Of a stretch of DNA of 50,462 bases, positions 1 to 9,326 are shown in pieces; position 1 is the stretch's first letter, and the number at the start of each line of letters is the position of its first letter. The DNA is from Gemmatimonadaceae bacterium (lineage in GTDB: Bacteria; Gemmatimonadota; Gemmatimonadetes; Gemmatimonadales; Gemmatimonadaceae). The translations under genes and the position numbers were made by a program. Location: positions 1 through 50,462 of the forward strand of contig JBGAJQ010000038.1 in the NCBI GenBank assembly GCA_044224875.1. The letters run 5' to 3'. The notes beneath the pieces are model-generated. The model saw nothing but the letters and a program-made list of their open reading frames with translations, did not search any database and was not told where the DNA came from.

Positions 1-8
1 GAGGTGCC

Positions 9-644
9 ATGCGTACGCGTCTTCTCGCCTTGTTGCTGGTCGCATCCGTCAGCTGCGACAGTTCGGGATATGTTGGGCAGGTGGTGGGCTTTGGGTCGAC
101 GGGGGCGCTGGCGTCGCTCACACTCTCGCCAGCTTCCGCCTCGATCGCGGTCGGAGGCACTGTTCGACTGGTCGCAACGCCCTTGGACGAGGGTGGACAA
201 GCGCTGTCGGGCCTTGGAGCGCCGACCTTCACCTCGTCGAACTCAGTGGTCGCGTTCGTCAACGACACGGGCCTGGTCACCGCCGTGAGTGCAGGGACAG
301 TGACGGTGACGGCCACGCTCACATCGGGTGGTGTGACGCGCTCGGCAAGCAGCGCCGTAACGGTTACATCCGGCGGCTCACAAGGCCAAGCCGCGGTCGC
401 CGTCAGTGACAATGCGTTTACGCCTGCCAGTCTCACGGTGGTCAAGAACGAGGCAGGGGCGACGGTGACCTGGACGTGGACGGGCACTCGGCTGCATAAC
501 GTAACTTTCGACGATGGCGCGGCGGGGTCGGCGAACCAAACAACCGGGACCTTTGCCCGCACGTTCGCGGCGGCGGGATCGTATACCTATTACTGCTCCA
601 TACACGGGAAGGCCGTGATGTCGGTGGCCGTCACGGTCCAGTAG
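9..644 (+). CDS. Lipoprotein with Ig-like (Big_2) domain and C-terminal cupredoxin/plastocyanin domain
   Basis: Signal peptide ending VSC; Ig-like motif FTSSNSVVAFVNDTGLVTAVSAGTVTVTAT; type-1 copper ligands HNV...YYCSIH...M; GAGG upstream of the ATG. Confidence 0.85.
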   Translation: MRTRLLALLLVASVSCDSSGYVGQVVGFGSTGALASLTLSPASASIAVGGTVRLVATPLDEGGQALSGLGAPTFTSSNSVVAFVNDTGLVTAVSAGTVTVTATLTSGGVTRSASSAVTVTSGGSQGQAAVAVSDNAFTPASLTVVKNEAGATVTWTWTGTRLHNVTFDDGAAGSANQTTGTFARTFAAAGSYTYYCSIHGKAVMSVAVTVQ

Positions 645-740
645 AAGCCGCGCGTTCGCGTTACCATCCAGAGCCAGTCCGGTCGGCATGCTGTACTGGA
701 TACGGAACGGGGGCAGCGCCTTGGCGACGCTGCCAGGCGC

Positions 741-1646
741 CTAACGATTCTTCTCCAAGGCGTCCCACGTCAGTCGCGCAATGTCGGCGATGAGCGCGCG
801 TGCCTTCGCCTCCTCGGCGATGCCACGCGTGAGCACCACCAGCACAAACGGGTCCCGGCCCTCGGGAAAAACCACCGCCGCATCGTGCAGCACGCCGGTG
901 ATCCATCCCGTCTTGTGCGCCACACGCACGCCCTTTGGGAGGCCGGCGGGAATCTCATCGTTGAACTCCTGCCGCTCGAGGATGCCTAACATCTGGCGGC
1001 ACGACGCCGCGGACGCGGCGCGATTGCGAACGATCGCCTCCAACAAAGTGGCCAGGTCGCGTGGCGACGTGACATTGTTGAGCCCCTGTCGAAAGGCCAG
1101 GTTGTCTTCAACGCCACGCAGCACCCGAATCGTGGTGGCGCCGAGACGGTGGGCGGTGGCATTGGCGGCCTTGGCATCGACCAATTGGATCACGGCGTTC
1201 GTCGCCAGGTTGCTGGAACGCGTGATCATCCGCTCCACGAGTTCGCTGGCTGCTACCCGGCTGCCAACCTTGGCGTACAGAGAACTGTCCGAGTCGTCGC
1301 TGGCGTCCAAGTGATACGGCGACCCATCGACGATCGAGGCGAACGTGTTGAGCAGCAGCACGCCTTGATCTGGAGAAATCCGGTGCTCGTCAACGGCGCG
1401 GAAGTACTCGATCATGACGGGCACTTTCATGGTGGACGCGGCATGGAAGAGCGAGTCCCCATTCATGATCAGCAGCGCACCAGAGCCGAGTTCGTGGAAA
1501 GCCACTCCGACGACGGCCCCGGGGAGCTGGGCAACGCGACCTTCGATGGAGGATCGCAACTGGTCCACCCACGACTGTGCCGAGGCGCCAGGCGCAAGAG
1601 TCAGGGAAGCGGCGACACTCATGAGAACGCGAAAGGTTGGTGACAT
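741..1646 (-). CDS. Secreted serine hydrolase, class A beta-lactamase-like (Beta-lactamase2 family)
   Basis: AASTMK (SxxK), SSN (SxN) and HKTG motifs; start placed at MSPTF, which gives a signal peptide. Confidence 0.85.
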   Translation of the reverse strand: MSPTFRVLMSVAASLTLAPGASAQSWVDQLRSSIEGRVAQLPGAVVGVAFHELGSGALLIMNGDSLFHAASTMKVPVMIEYFRAVDEHRISPDQGVLLLNTFASIVDGSPYHLDASDDSDSSLYAKVGSRVAASELVERMITRSSNLATNAVIQLVDAKAANATAHRLGATTIRVLRGVEDNLAFRQGLNNVTSPRDLATLLEAIVRNRAASAASCRQMLGILERQEFNDEIPAGLPKGVRVAHKTGWITGVLHDAAVVFPEGRDPFVLVVLTRGIAEEAKARALIADIARLTWDALEKNR

Positions 1647-1799
1647 GCGACCACAATTACGCTCGTGATCGCCCGCCCCGCAATTGGGGCGAATGGTGAC
1701 GCGTCGTCTGCGACGCGCGTCGTCAGGCTGAGTGGTACCCAATGGCCGGAGCGTGTGTAAGATTCCACAACGCCGGTCCGACTCTCCCTGGAGTATCCG

Positions 1800-3440
1800 A
1801 TTCGACATCGCGACCTGCTCGGCCTAACGATTCTGTTGTCGATGGGCGCGGCCTGCGGGCACGCCGGTCCGTCCTTGTCGTCGGCGCCGACCCCGGTGGA
1901 TTCGACGATTACGTCCAAGGGCGCACTTGCCACCGGCGATTCAGCAGCTGATGCACCGCGCCAGGCGCCCGCATCACCCACGATCCCGGACAGTGTGCAG
2001 GAACGTCTGCAGTTGGCGATGCGTGCGGTTGAGCTGTTCGGCGACTCGTTGATTTCGGCCCTCCCAGAGGCCTCGACCGCTGCGCCCGCCGCCGACAATG
2101 CGGGGCGTGTCACGGAAGAAGCGTCTTGGGACATCGATGTCCGGTCGTTTGTCACGCACGACCGGGTGGATCGCTATGTGAAACTCTTCTCTGGACCCGC
2201 TCGCGAGCGTTTCGTCGCTTGGCTTCAGCGCGGTCGCCGATACGAATCCATGATTCGCTCCACGTTCAGGGCGCGCGGCGTTCCGGAGGACATGTATTAC
2301 CTGGGTGCCGTGGAGAGTGGTTACGACCCCCACGCGGTCTCGCGCGCGTACGCCGTCGGCATATGGCAGTTCATGACCACGACGGCCAAAGGGTTCGGGT
2401 TGCGGGTGGATTGGTGGGTGGATGAACGGCGGGATCCGATGAAATCCACCGATGCAGCTGCTCGCTTCCTGTCGGCGCTCAAGGATCAGTTCGGATCCTA
2501 CTATTTGGCGGCCGCCGCGTACAACGGCGGTCCAGGACGCGTGAAACGTGGATTGACGCGCTATGCGGATGACCTCGACGATACGTATGGCGATGACTGC
2601 TTCTTTGCGCTGGTGGATGTTGGAGCACTGCGCTCGGAAACCGTGAACTACGTGCCGCAGCTTATAGCCGCAGCCTACATCGCCAAGGACGCGACGCAGT
2701 TTGGCGTCGTCCTGGATACGCTGGCGCCCGGTTACGCCTACGACTCGGTGCGGGTCGGACCCGACGTCTCGTTGTCGTCTGTGGCGAAGGCGGCCGGCGT
2801 GTCACTGGCGCAGGTTCGCGATCTCAACCCGTTCATTCTGCGTGGAGTGACGCCGCCAGAAGGAACCGTTTACGTGCGAGTCCCGCCCGGGCGCGCGACC
2901 GCAGCCGATTCCGTGCTAGGTGAGCAGCCGAGCGATGCCACGGCTGCGTACCGCACCCACGTGACGCGGAAAGGCGAAACGATGACTGCGGTCGCCGGCA
3001 AGTATGGGATCTCTGCGCGCCAGCTATCGTGGTACAATCGCAAGGTGAGCACCGGCCGTCGGGGCGTGATCGCCGCAGGACAACGCCTCCGCGTGCCGAC
3101 GCTCGACGTCCTGGAGGCTGCGTTCGACGTTCCCGATCCTGCGATCGAGAAGTACGGGCGATCGAGCAGCGCACGCTCTCACGTGGTGAAGCGCGGCGAG
3201 TCTCTGGGGTCGATTGCCCGCAAGTACGGCACGTCGGTGGCCTCACTCGTCAGGCTGAACCACCTGAAAAAGCCGGTGATTTACGCCGGGCAAACGATCA
3301 TCGTGGGCGGCGGATCGACTGCGGCGAAGCGGTCCTCGGGATCGAAGAAGTCCGCCACCGCAAGGAAGACCAGCCGAACGACTTCGCCGGCAAAGAAAAA
3401 GGCCGCCCCCAAAAAGAAGGCGGCCTCCTCAAGGCACTAG
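1800..3440 (+). CDS. MltD-like lytic transglycosylase lipoprotein with LysM domains and Lys-rich C-terminal tail
   Basis: SLT motifs AVESGY, AVGIWQF, AAYNGG; LysM repeats (e.g. HVVKRGESLGSIARKYG); start proposed at ATT 1800 (ORF track uses 1836). Confidence 0.85.
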   Translation: MRHRDLLGLTILLSMGAACGHAGPSLSSAPTPVDSTITSKGALATGDSAADAPRQAPASPTIPDSVQERLQLAMRAVELFGDSLISALPEASTAAPAADNAGRVTEEASWDIDVRSFVTHDRVDRYVKLFSGPARERFVAWLQRGRRYESMIRSTFRARGVPEDMYYLGAVESGYDPHAVSRAYAVGIWQFMTTTAKGFGLRVDWWVDERRDPMKSTDAAARFLSALKDQFGSYYLAAAAYNGGPGRVKRGLTRYADDLDDTYGDDCFFALVDVGALRSETVNYVPQLIAAAYIAKDATQFGVVLDTLAPGYAYDSVRVGPDVSLSSVAKAAGVSLAQVRDLNPFILRGVTPPEGTVYVRVPPGRATAADSVLGEQPSDATAAYRTHVTRKGETMTAVAGKYGISARQLSWYNRKVSTGRRGVIAAGQRLRVPTLDVLEAAFDVPDPAIEKYGRSSSARSHVVKRGESLGSIARKYGTSVASLVRLNHLKKPVIYAGQTIIVGGGSTAAKRSSGSKKSATARKTSRTTSPAKKKAAPKKKAASSRH

Positions 3441-3448
3441 CGGGGCGC

Positions 3449-4141
3449 TCAGTCGATGACGCCCTTGCCGCGGTACCCCTTCAAGACGACGCGGTCGTAC
3501 CCATTCGACGGGTCCAACCCGAGTTCCCGCGAGACTTCCACCGCAGCAGGGCCGCGATTGTAGATCAGCAGCGCCAGCTGCACATCGCCGCGATTCTCGC
3601 GAATCAGTGCTCGCAGATGACGGAAGCCGATGTGAAGGTTCGTCCGCGGCTCCATCAGGTCCTCACGCGACACGTTGCGATCGTACCAGCGCGCCGTCGG
3701 CAGCATCAGCTGCGTCAAGCCGATCGCACCGACCGGGCTGACCGCCTTGCTCTGGAACCGGCTCTCCAGTCGAACAAGGGGGAATGCCAGGTCCGGGTCG
3801 ATCCCCTCCGTCATGGAGGCGTCGAAGATCTGCGCCGCCAAGGTCGCGTCGACGCGATATCGGCGTGAGTAGGTGAAGATGCGGTGCCAGCGTTCGAGCT
3901 GCAGGTCGACGGTTGCCAGGTCGCCGCGCGCAGCGGCGATCTTCTCCTGCAGTTGCTGCACCTCGGCCCGCTGCGCAAGCGTGCGGCGCACGGGTTCGGC
4001 GTTGGCGTCGATCGGGGCCCAATTGCGTACCGCCATGATCCCCGCCGTCACCAACCCCGCCACCATGATCACCGCCCGCACCCGACGCTTGCGACGTTCG
4101 ACGTCGCCACGATGCACGTACGTACCGCGCAATTCCTTCAT
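3449..4141 (-). CDS. Lytic transglycosylase (SLT domain) with N-terminal membrane anchor and coiled coil
   Basis: LESRF, GAIGLTQL and ALLIYNRG motifs; N-terminal hydrophobic helix. Confidence 0.88.
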   Translation of the reverse strand: MKELRGTYVHRGDVERRKRRVRAVIMVAGLVTAGIMAVRNWAPIDANAEPVRRTLAQRAEVQQLQEKIAAARGDLATVDLQLERWHRIFTYSRRYRVDATLAAQIFDASMTEGIDPDLAFPLVRLESRFQSKAVSPVGAIGLTQLMLPTARWYDRNVSREDLMEPRTNLHIGFRHLRALIRENRGDVQLALLIYNRGPAAVEVSRELGLDPSNGYDRVVLKGYRGKGVID

Positions 4142-4223
4142 ATGGCCTCTATCAACAGGAACGCGGCACTGAACCTCGGCGCCGCGCTCTCAATTGCTGG
4201 TCAAGGGAATTCGGAAACCGGCG

Positions 4224-4697
4224 CTACGGCTTACTCCAATCGCCGCTCTTTCCGCCTCGCTTTTCAGTGACAGAAATTTGCCCGATCTCCATCGTTTTAT
4301 CTATCCCCTTAGCCATGTCAAATATTGTGACAAGTGTCACACTTACAGCCATCAGCGCTTCCATCTCAACACCGGTTTGTGCTGTCGTTTCGGCAGTGGC
4401 CTCAACGCGAATTCCAGGTATGGTGTCGTCAAGTGTGCATTGCACCTGCACGTTCGACAACGGTATCTGGTGACAGAGTGGCACCAAGTCGCTCGTGCGC
4501 TTCGCAGCCTGTATTCCGGCGATACGCGCGACGGCGAGTGCATCGCCCTTCTTCAGAGTGTTGGCGCGGATGGTGGAGAGCGTCGCGTGTTGCATCTGAA
4601 TGATCCCGCGAGCACGGGCCAGACGGTGCGAGACCGGTTTGTCCCCGACGTTGACCATGCGCGCCTGTCCCGAGGCATCCGTATGCGTGAGGTCCAT
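4224..4697 (-). CDS. moaC: Cyclic pyranopterin monophosphate synthase MoaC
   Basis: LTH...ARMVNV, KKGD, LVPLCH, TGVEMEAL, DMAK and KRGGKSG signatures. Confidence 0.95.
   Translation of the reverse strand: MDLTHTDASGQARMVNVGDKPVSHRLARARGIIQMQHATLSTIRANTLKKGDALAVARIAGIQAAKRTSDLVPLCHQIPLSNVQVQCTLDDTIPGIRVEATAETTAQTGVEMEALMAVSVTLVTIFDMAKGIDKTMEIGQISVTEKRGGKSGDWSKP
4316..4341. promoter_or_regulatory. CRP/FNR-type palindrome with adjacent minus-strand TTGACA, inside moaC
   Basis: TGTGA-CAAGTG-TCACA at 4326-4341; TGTCAA at 4316-4321; local GC 52/120 over 4261-4380. Confidence 0.5.
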
Positions 4698-4718
4698 GTC
4701 ATCCCGCTGGTGGAAGTA

Positions 4719-5792
4719 TCAGGCGAACAGCGCCGCCATGTCTCGCAGCAGCCGTGCGCTCACGAGTTGCGGATTCACATTCCCTGCGGCGAGCAGCTTG
4801 GCGTCTTCCACGAGTTCGGCCGCACGGCTGGCCGCCACGGCCGAGCGCGCGTTGCCTTGCGACGTGGCATCGCGCGCATGCGAGTGCAGCTGATGCGTGA
4901 GGGCGTCGAGCACATCGCTGAACGCGCCGCGCGCGCCAGATGCGCCCTGCACGAAGGCGGTCCGGAGGATGCTGGCTTGCTGGCCGCCGATGGCGGCGTC
5001 CAGGAACGCGCGCGCCGCGGACGCGGCCGCACCGGTTTCAGCTGACGAAAGCAGCCGCCCCGGCGACCCACTCGCCAATGCGATCCGGTCGGTCTTCGAA
5101 GTCGGCAGGGACAACCCGGCGAGCTGTGCGGCGACCGTCTGATCGTCGAGGAACGCCACGATATCCCGCTCCGGCAGTGAGGGCACGCGCATGGCCACCA
5201 CGCGGGAACGGATGGTTGGAAGCAAGGACCCTGCGGCACTCGTGGTCAGCACGATGAACGTGTCGCGTGGGGGCTCCTCGAGGAGCTTCAAGAACGCATT
5301 GGCTGCGAACTCCGAGCCCTCCTGTGGCACCATGCGATCGGCGTCCCCGATGATGAACACCTTGCGGCTGGCGAGCGCGGGAGACATCGCCGCTTGCTGG
5401 ACCAGGGCGCGCACCGTCGCAATGAAGATGCCGTCGCTGCCGGAAGGTGCCGGGTAAAGCCCATGCCGCTCGGCCCGTTCCCTGGCCGACACCTGCAACG
5501 CCGCCCGGATCTCGTCTACGTCGCGGTCGCCGTCCTTCGGTCGCGGGACGGGGAAGGCCCACGTGACGTCCGGATGGCTCAGCTCGCGCACATAGCGACA
5601 GTGCCGGCACTCCTCGCAGGGCGCGTCTGGTCGTTCGCACACCAGCGACTGCGCCAACCACAGCGCGAGGCGCTGCTTGCCAACGCCGACCGGTCCGTGG
5701 AACAGGAGGCTTTGCGGTAGCGACCCACTCGCTCGAGCGTGTGACAGGCGCTCGCGCAACGACCGGTGTCCGAACAACGGCACAATGGGCAT
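4719..5792 (-). CDS. holB: DNA polymerase III subunit delta'
   Basis: LLFHGPVGVGK, Zn module C..PCEECRHC, HPD, ANAFLKLLEEPP, LLPTIRSR. Confidence 0.9.
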   Translation of the reverse strand: MPIVPLFGHRSLRERLSHARASGSLPQSLLFHGPVGVGKQRLALWLAQSLVCERPDAPCEECRHCRYVRELSHPDVTWAFPVPRPKDGDRDVDEIRAALQVSARERAERHGLYPAPSGSDGIFIATVRALVQQAAMSPALASRKVFIIGDADRMVPQEGSEFAANAFLKLLEEPPRDTFIVLTTSAAGSLLPTIRSRVVAMRVPSLPERDIVAFLDDQTVAAQLAGLSLPTSKTDRIALASGSPGRLLSSAETGAAASAARAFLDAAIGGQQASILRTAFVQGASGARGAFSDVLDALTHQLHSHARDATSQGNARSAVAASRAAELVEDAKLLAAGNVNPQLVSARLLRDMAALFA

Positions 5793-5818
5793 GTGGGAAA
5801 TCTAGTGCTGAGCCGTTG

Positions 5819-7387
5819 TCAGCGACGCGGCCGTTCGGCCGTCAAGGGCGGAGGGCGGCGATGGTGTGTCGCCTGCTCATACGCGTACGCGAGCCGAATC
5901 AGGACGTCCTCGTGCCACGGGCGGCCATAGAACGTCATGCCGGCAGGCAGACGTTCGTCGCGCGTGTATCCCATCGGCACGGTGAGCGCCGGGAACCCCG
6001 TGCTCGGCGAGAAGACCTGGCTGTTGTCACCCGCCGGGGTGTTCAGGTCGCCAATGAGCCGTGGCGGATTGCTCCAAGTGGGATACACGAACGCGTCGAG
6101 CGACAGGGAGTCCATGAGGGCAAGCACGGCGGAGCGCAGGGCTACACGAAAACGATCCCGCGCCTGGCATCCGGGCGTTTCATCTGGCGGGGTCACTGCC
6201 AGCTCGCCTTGTTCCAGTCGGCGTTGGATCGTAGGGTGGAACTTGCCCGACTTGATGATGTCGGCGAGTGAATGGACAGGTGGTCCGTCAGCACCTAACG
6301 CGGAAAGGTACGCATTCAGGTCGTAGCGAAAGGGATTGCAGGCACCTGACTGCATGCGAAACAGCGAGTCGAGCCCTGGTACCTTCGCCGAGTCGACGAT
6401 TGTGGCTCCCTGACTTCGGAGATCGTCGAGTGCCTGCGTGAACACCCGCGTGATCTCGCTGTCCGTCGACGGCCGCTCGTACGCCTGTCTGAGGACGCCG
6501 ATGCGTGCTCCGCGCAGGCCATCCTTTCGGAGTGACATCGCGTAATCAGGCACGGGATGGTCACGGGCGTCGATCGTGACCGGATCGCGGGAGTCCTCTC
6601 CGACCACGACCTGGAAGACAGCGACCGCATCGGCCACCGTGCGAGCGATTGGGCCGGCAATATCGGATGCCAGGATGAGCGGCACGACGCCACCGCGACT
6701 GGTCAGCCCCATCGTCGAGCGGATGCCGACCAGGGCCTGGTGCGACGACGGGCCCCGAATGGAGTTCCCCGTATCCGTGCCTAAACCCGCAGCGCCGAAT
6801 GACGCGGCAACCGCTGCCGCCGTCCCTCCGCTCGAGCCCGCGGTGACCCGGTCGAGTGCATACGGGTTCTTGGTGTACCCCGGAAGGATTGAGCTGACGG
6901 TCTCGTACGGCGTGAAGGCAAACTCCGCCATGTTGGACTTGGCCAGCACGATCGCACCCGCCTCGCGCACCTTTCGGACCTGAAACGCGTCTTGCTTGGG
7001 TATCCATCCCTCGAACGACAAGGAGCCGGCGGTGGTTGGGAGGTCCTTGGTCTCGAAGTTGTCCTTCACGATCATCGGCACACAGTGCAGCGGACCCGTA
7101 GGCCCCCGCTGTCGCCACACGCGATCGAGTGAATCCGCGACCTCCAGTGCCCGGGAGTTCACCACGATCAGTGCGTTGATCGCAGGTCCGCGCTTGTCGA
7201 GTCGTTCAATACGGCTGAGGTACCCCTGCACGAGCGCACGACACGTTAGGCTTCCACGGCGCATCGCCGCGTGAATGTCGCTGATCGTTGCCTCTTCGAT
7301 GCGAAATCCCGAGGGTCGCTGAGCGCCAGCCGTCAGCGGTGCAACGAGAAGGGTGACAATCCAACCCGTGAGCCAGAATCGTCGCAT
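5819..7387 (-). CDS. Secreted amidase-signature family enzyme
   Basis: VKDN, GSSGGTAAAVAA and GTDTGNSIR (Lys-cisSer-Ser triad); start at MRRFWL with signal peptide and GGAG upstream. Confidence 0.9.
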   Translation of the reverse strand: MRRFWLTGWIVTLLVAPLTAGAQRPSGFRIEEATISDIHAAMRRGSLTCRALVQGYLSRIERLDKRGPAINALIVVNSRALEVADSLDRVWRQRGPTGPLHCVPMIVKDNFETKDLPTTAGSLSFEGWIPKQDAFQVRKVREAGAIVLAKSNMAEFAFTPYETVSSILPGYTKNPYALDRVTAGSSGGTAAAVAASFGAAGLGTDTGNSIRGPSSHQALVGIRSTMGLTSRGGVVPLILASDIAGPIARTVADAVAVFQVVVGEDSRDPVTIDARDHPVPDYAMSLRKDGLRGARIGVLRQAYERPSTDSEITRVFTQALDDLRSQGATIVDSAKVPGLDSLFRMQSGACNPFRYDLNAYLSALGADGPPVHSLADIIKSGKFHPTIQRRLEQGELAVTPPDETPGCQARDRFRVALRSAVLALMDSLSLDAFVYPTWSNPPRLIGDLNTPAGDNSQVFSPSTGFPALTVPMGYTRDERLPAGMTFYGRPWHEDVLIRLAYAYEQATHHRRPPPLTAERPRR

Positions 7388-7506
7388 GAGACTCCGTGAG
7401 CTGCTCGGCGACGTGAGTGTCGCGGTGTGAGGGAGCGGTCGGTCGTACACCCGCTTGGCAGAGCGCTCAACGTAGCCCTTCACTGGAAAAGGGCAACGCA
7501 TCCTGC

Positions 7507-8376
7507 CTATCGGTTCGTAGTCGGTGAGGGGTCCAGGGCCTCGCGGAGCACGTCACCGAGGACGTTGATTGCCACCACCGTAAGGAGAATGAAGACGCCC
7601 GGGTAGAGGGCGAGGCGAGGGGCCGATGACAAATAGTTCTGCGCGTTGCTCAGCATGTTGCCCCAGCTGGCAGCCGGTGGTTGCACACCGAGCCCGAGGA
7701 ACGAAAGTGCCGACTCAGTGAGAATCGCCGTGCCAACGCCGAGCGTGGCATTCACGATGATGCTTGGCCCGATGTGTGGCAGCACATGCCGCCAGACCAC
7801 ACGCGCTCCCGGAGTTCCCAGCGCGCGACTGGCCTCCACGAACAGCTGCTCGCGAAGGGATAGCATCTCCCCGCGCACCAGGCGGGCCACTCCCATCCAG
7901 GATGTCGCGCCGATGGCGAGCACAAGGCCCAGCGTGGTGGCGCCCGCGAACGTGAGGGCAGCGATCACCAGGAAGATCGTGGGGATCGAGAGCATTGCAT
8001 CCGTGAACCGCATGATGACCGTGTCGGTGGCACCGCGGAGGTACCCAGCGAGTGCCCCTAACGAAATGCCGACAACGAGCGCACACACCACCGCGGCCAA
8101 TCCCACACTCAGGGACACGCGTCCGCCGGCAAGGAGGCGGGCGAGCACATCGCGACCACTCTCGTCGGTCCCGAGGGGATGCTGCGCGCTGGGTGCGGCG
8201 ATGACATGCTGCAGGTCCAACCTTGTGGGATCAACGTTCCTCAGCTCGGGCCCGAGGATGATGGCCAGCACCAATACCGTGAGCACGGCGAGGGACCACG
8301 CGCTCCGCCGGTCGGCCAGCAGCCGTCGGCCCACGGGGATGGCCAGCATCGGCGTCGTTTCACGGAGCAGGCTCAC
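7507..8376 (-). CDS. Peptide/nickel ABC transporter permease (DppC/OppC-like)
   Basis: HPLGTDESGRD, EAA-like loop FVEASRALG, LSFLGLG; GTGA overlap with the upstream permease. Confidence 0.92.
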   Translation of the reverse strand: MSLLRETTPMLAIPVGRRLLADRRSAWSLAVLTVLVLAIILGPELRNVDPTRLDLQHVIAAPSAQHPLGTDESGRDVLARLLAGGRVSLSVGLAAVVCALVVGISLGALAGYLRGATDTVIMRFTDAMLSIPTIFLVIAALTFAGATTLGLVLAIGATSWMGVARLVRGEMLSLREQLFVEASRALGTPGARVVWRHVLPHIGPSIIVNATLGVGTAILTESALSFLGLGVQPPAASWGNMLSNAQNYLSSAPRLALYPGVFILLTVVAINVLGDVLREALDPSPTTNR

Positions 8377-9323
8377 GCGTCACCCAGCCGAATGCGAGGG
8401 TCTGCCCAAACGTACACGACGTCGATGAGGATATTCGCGAGTACGACGGCCGCCGAGACAAACAGGGTCATCGCCATCACCAGCGGATAGTCGCGCCCCA
8501 AGGCGGCTTCGACGCCGAGCCGTCCCAGTCCGGGCCACGCAAAGACGGTCTCCGTGATTGCCGCGCCACCAATGAGCCTCGGCAGCTGCAACCCGAACAC
8601 CGTGATGACGGGCAACAGCGCATTGCGGAGGCCGTGCCAGACAACCGTGTACGGTCCGGCGCCCTTGGCCTTCGCGGTGCGAACGTATGCTCGTGCGAGC
8701 GTGACGACCGCCGATGATCGCGTGTACCGGAACAACTCCGCCGACAACGCGGCGGATAGCACGACCGCCGGCAGGATGAGATGACGAAGCTGGTCGCCCC
8801 ATGTGGTCGCCTGCCCGACGGTATTGGCCCCGCCGGCTGGAAGCACGTGGAGCTGTACGGCGAAGACGAAAATGGCACCGATGCCCAGCCAGAACGTCGG
8901 GATTGCCATGGACGTGAAGCTGACGAACGAGGCGATGCGATCGAGCGGTGACCCGGGGCGCGACGCGGCGATGGCACCAAGGGGCACCGCGATCACGAGG
9001 GTGAGCACCAACGCTGCTCCCGCCAGGAGCAAGGTGTTCGGGAGCCGATCGAGTATGGTGCGCAGGTTTGGGGCCTGGTATAGGAATGACCGGCCCAGGT
9101 CGCCCTGAACGGCGCGGAGGATCCAACGCGCGTATTGCTCGGGTAGCGGGCGATCGAGGCCCAACTGACGCTCCAGCTCCGCGCGCTCGGCGCTTCCCAG
9201 CTTCGGGTCGGCCAGGATGGCCGGGCCGCCCGGTGCAACGTGCACGATCATGAAGGTGAGCGTCGTGACAACCGCGATAACCGTCGCGGCGTGGGCCAGC
9301 CGTCTGAGCAGGTAGCCCGTCAC
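8373..9323 (-). CDS. Peptide/nickel ABC transporter permease (DppB/OppB-like)
   Basis: LGLDRP, GDLGRS, YVRTAKAKG, ETVFAWPGLG, DPRIR. Confidence 0.92.
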   Translation of the reverse strand: MTGYLLRRLAHAATVIAVVTTLTFMIVHVAPGGPAILADPKLGSAERAELERQLGLDRPLPEQYARWILRAVQGDLGRSFLYQAPNLRTILDRLPNTLLLAGAALVLTLVIAVPLGAIAASRPGSPLDRIASFVSFTSMAIPTFWLGIGAIFVFAVQLHVLPAGGANTVGQATTWGDQLRHLILPAVVLSAALSAELFRYTRSSAVVTLARAYVRTAKAKGAGPYTVVWHGLRNALLPVITVFGLQLPRLIGGAAITETVFAWPGLGRLGVEAALGRDYPLVMAMTLFVSAAVVLANILIDVVYVWADPRIRLGDA

Positions 9324-9326
9324 GAA

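Noticed and set aside
741..1646. Antibiotic-resistance beta-lactamase
   Set aside because: The motifs fit the broad class-A-like serine hydrolase family (SSN, atypical omega-loop spacing), and the context is cell-wall genes with no mobile element; resistance cannot be claimed.
4326..4341. parS, dif or oriC in the AT-rich patch
   Set aside because: It does not match parS (TGTTTCACGTGAAACA) or dif, and no DnaA boxes were seen.
4194..5045. 283-aa plus-strand ORF
   Set aside because: Antisense shadow of moaC and holB with no recognisable motif.
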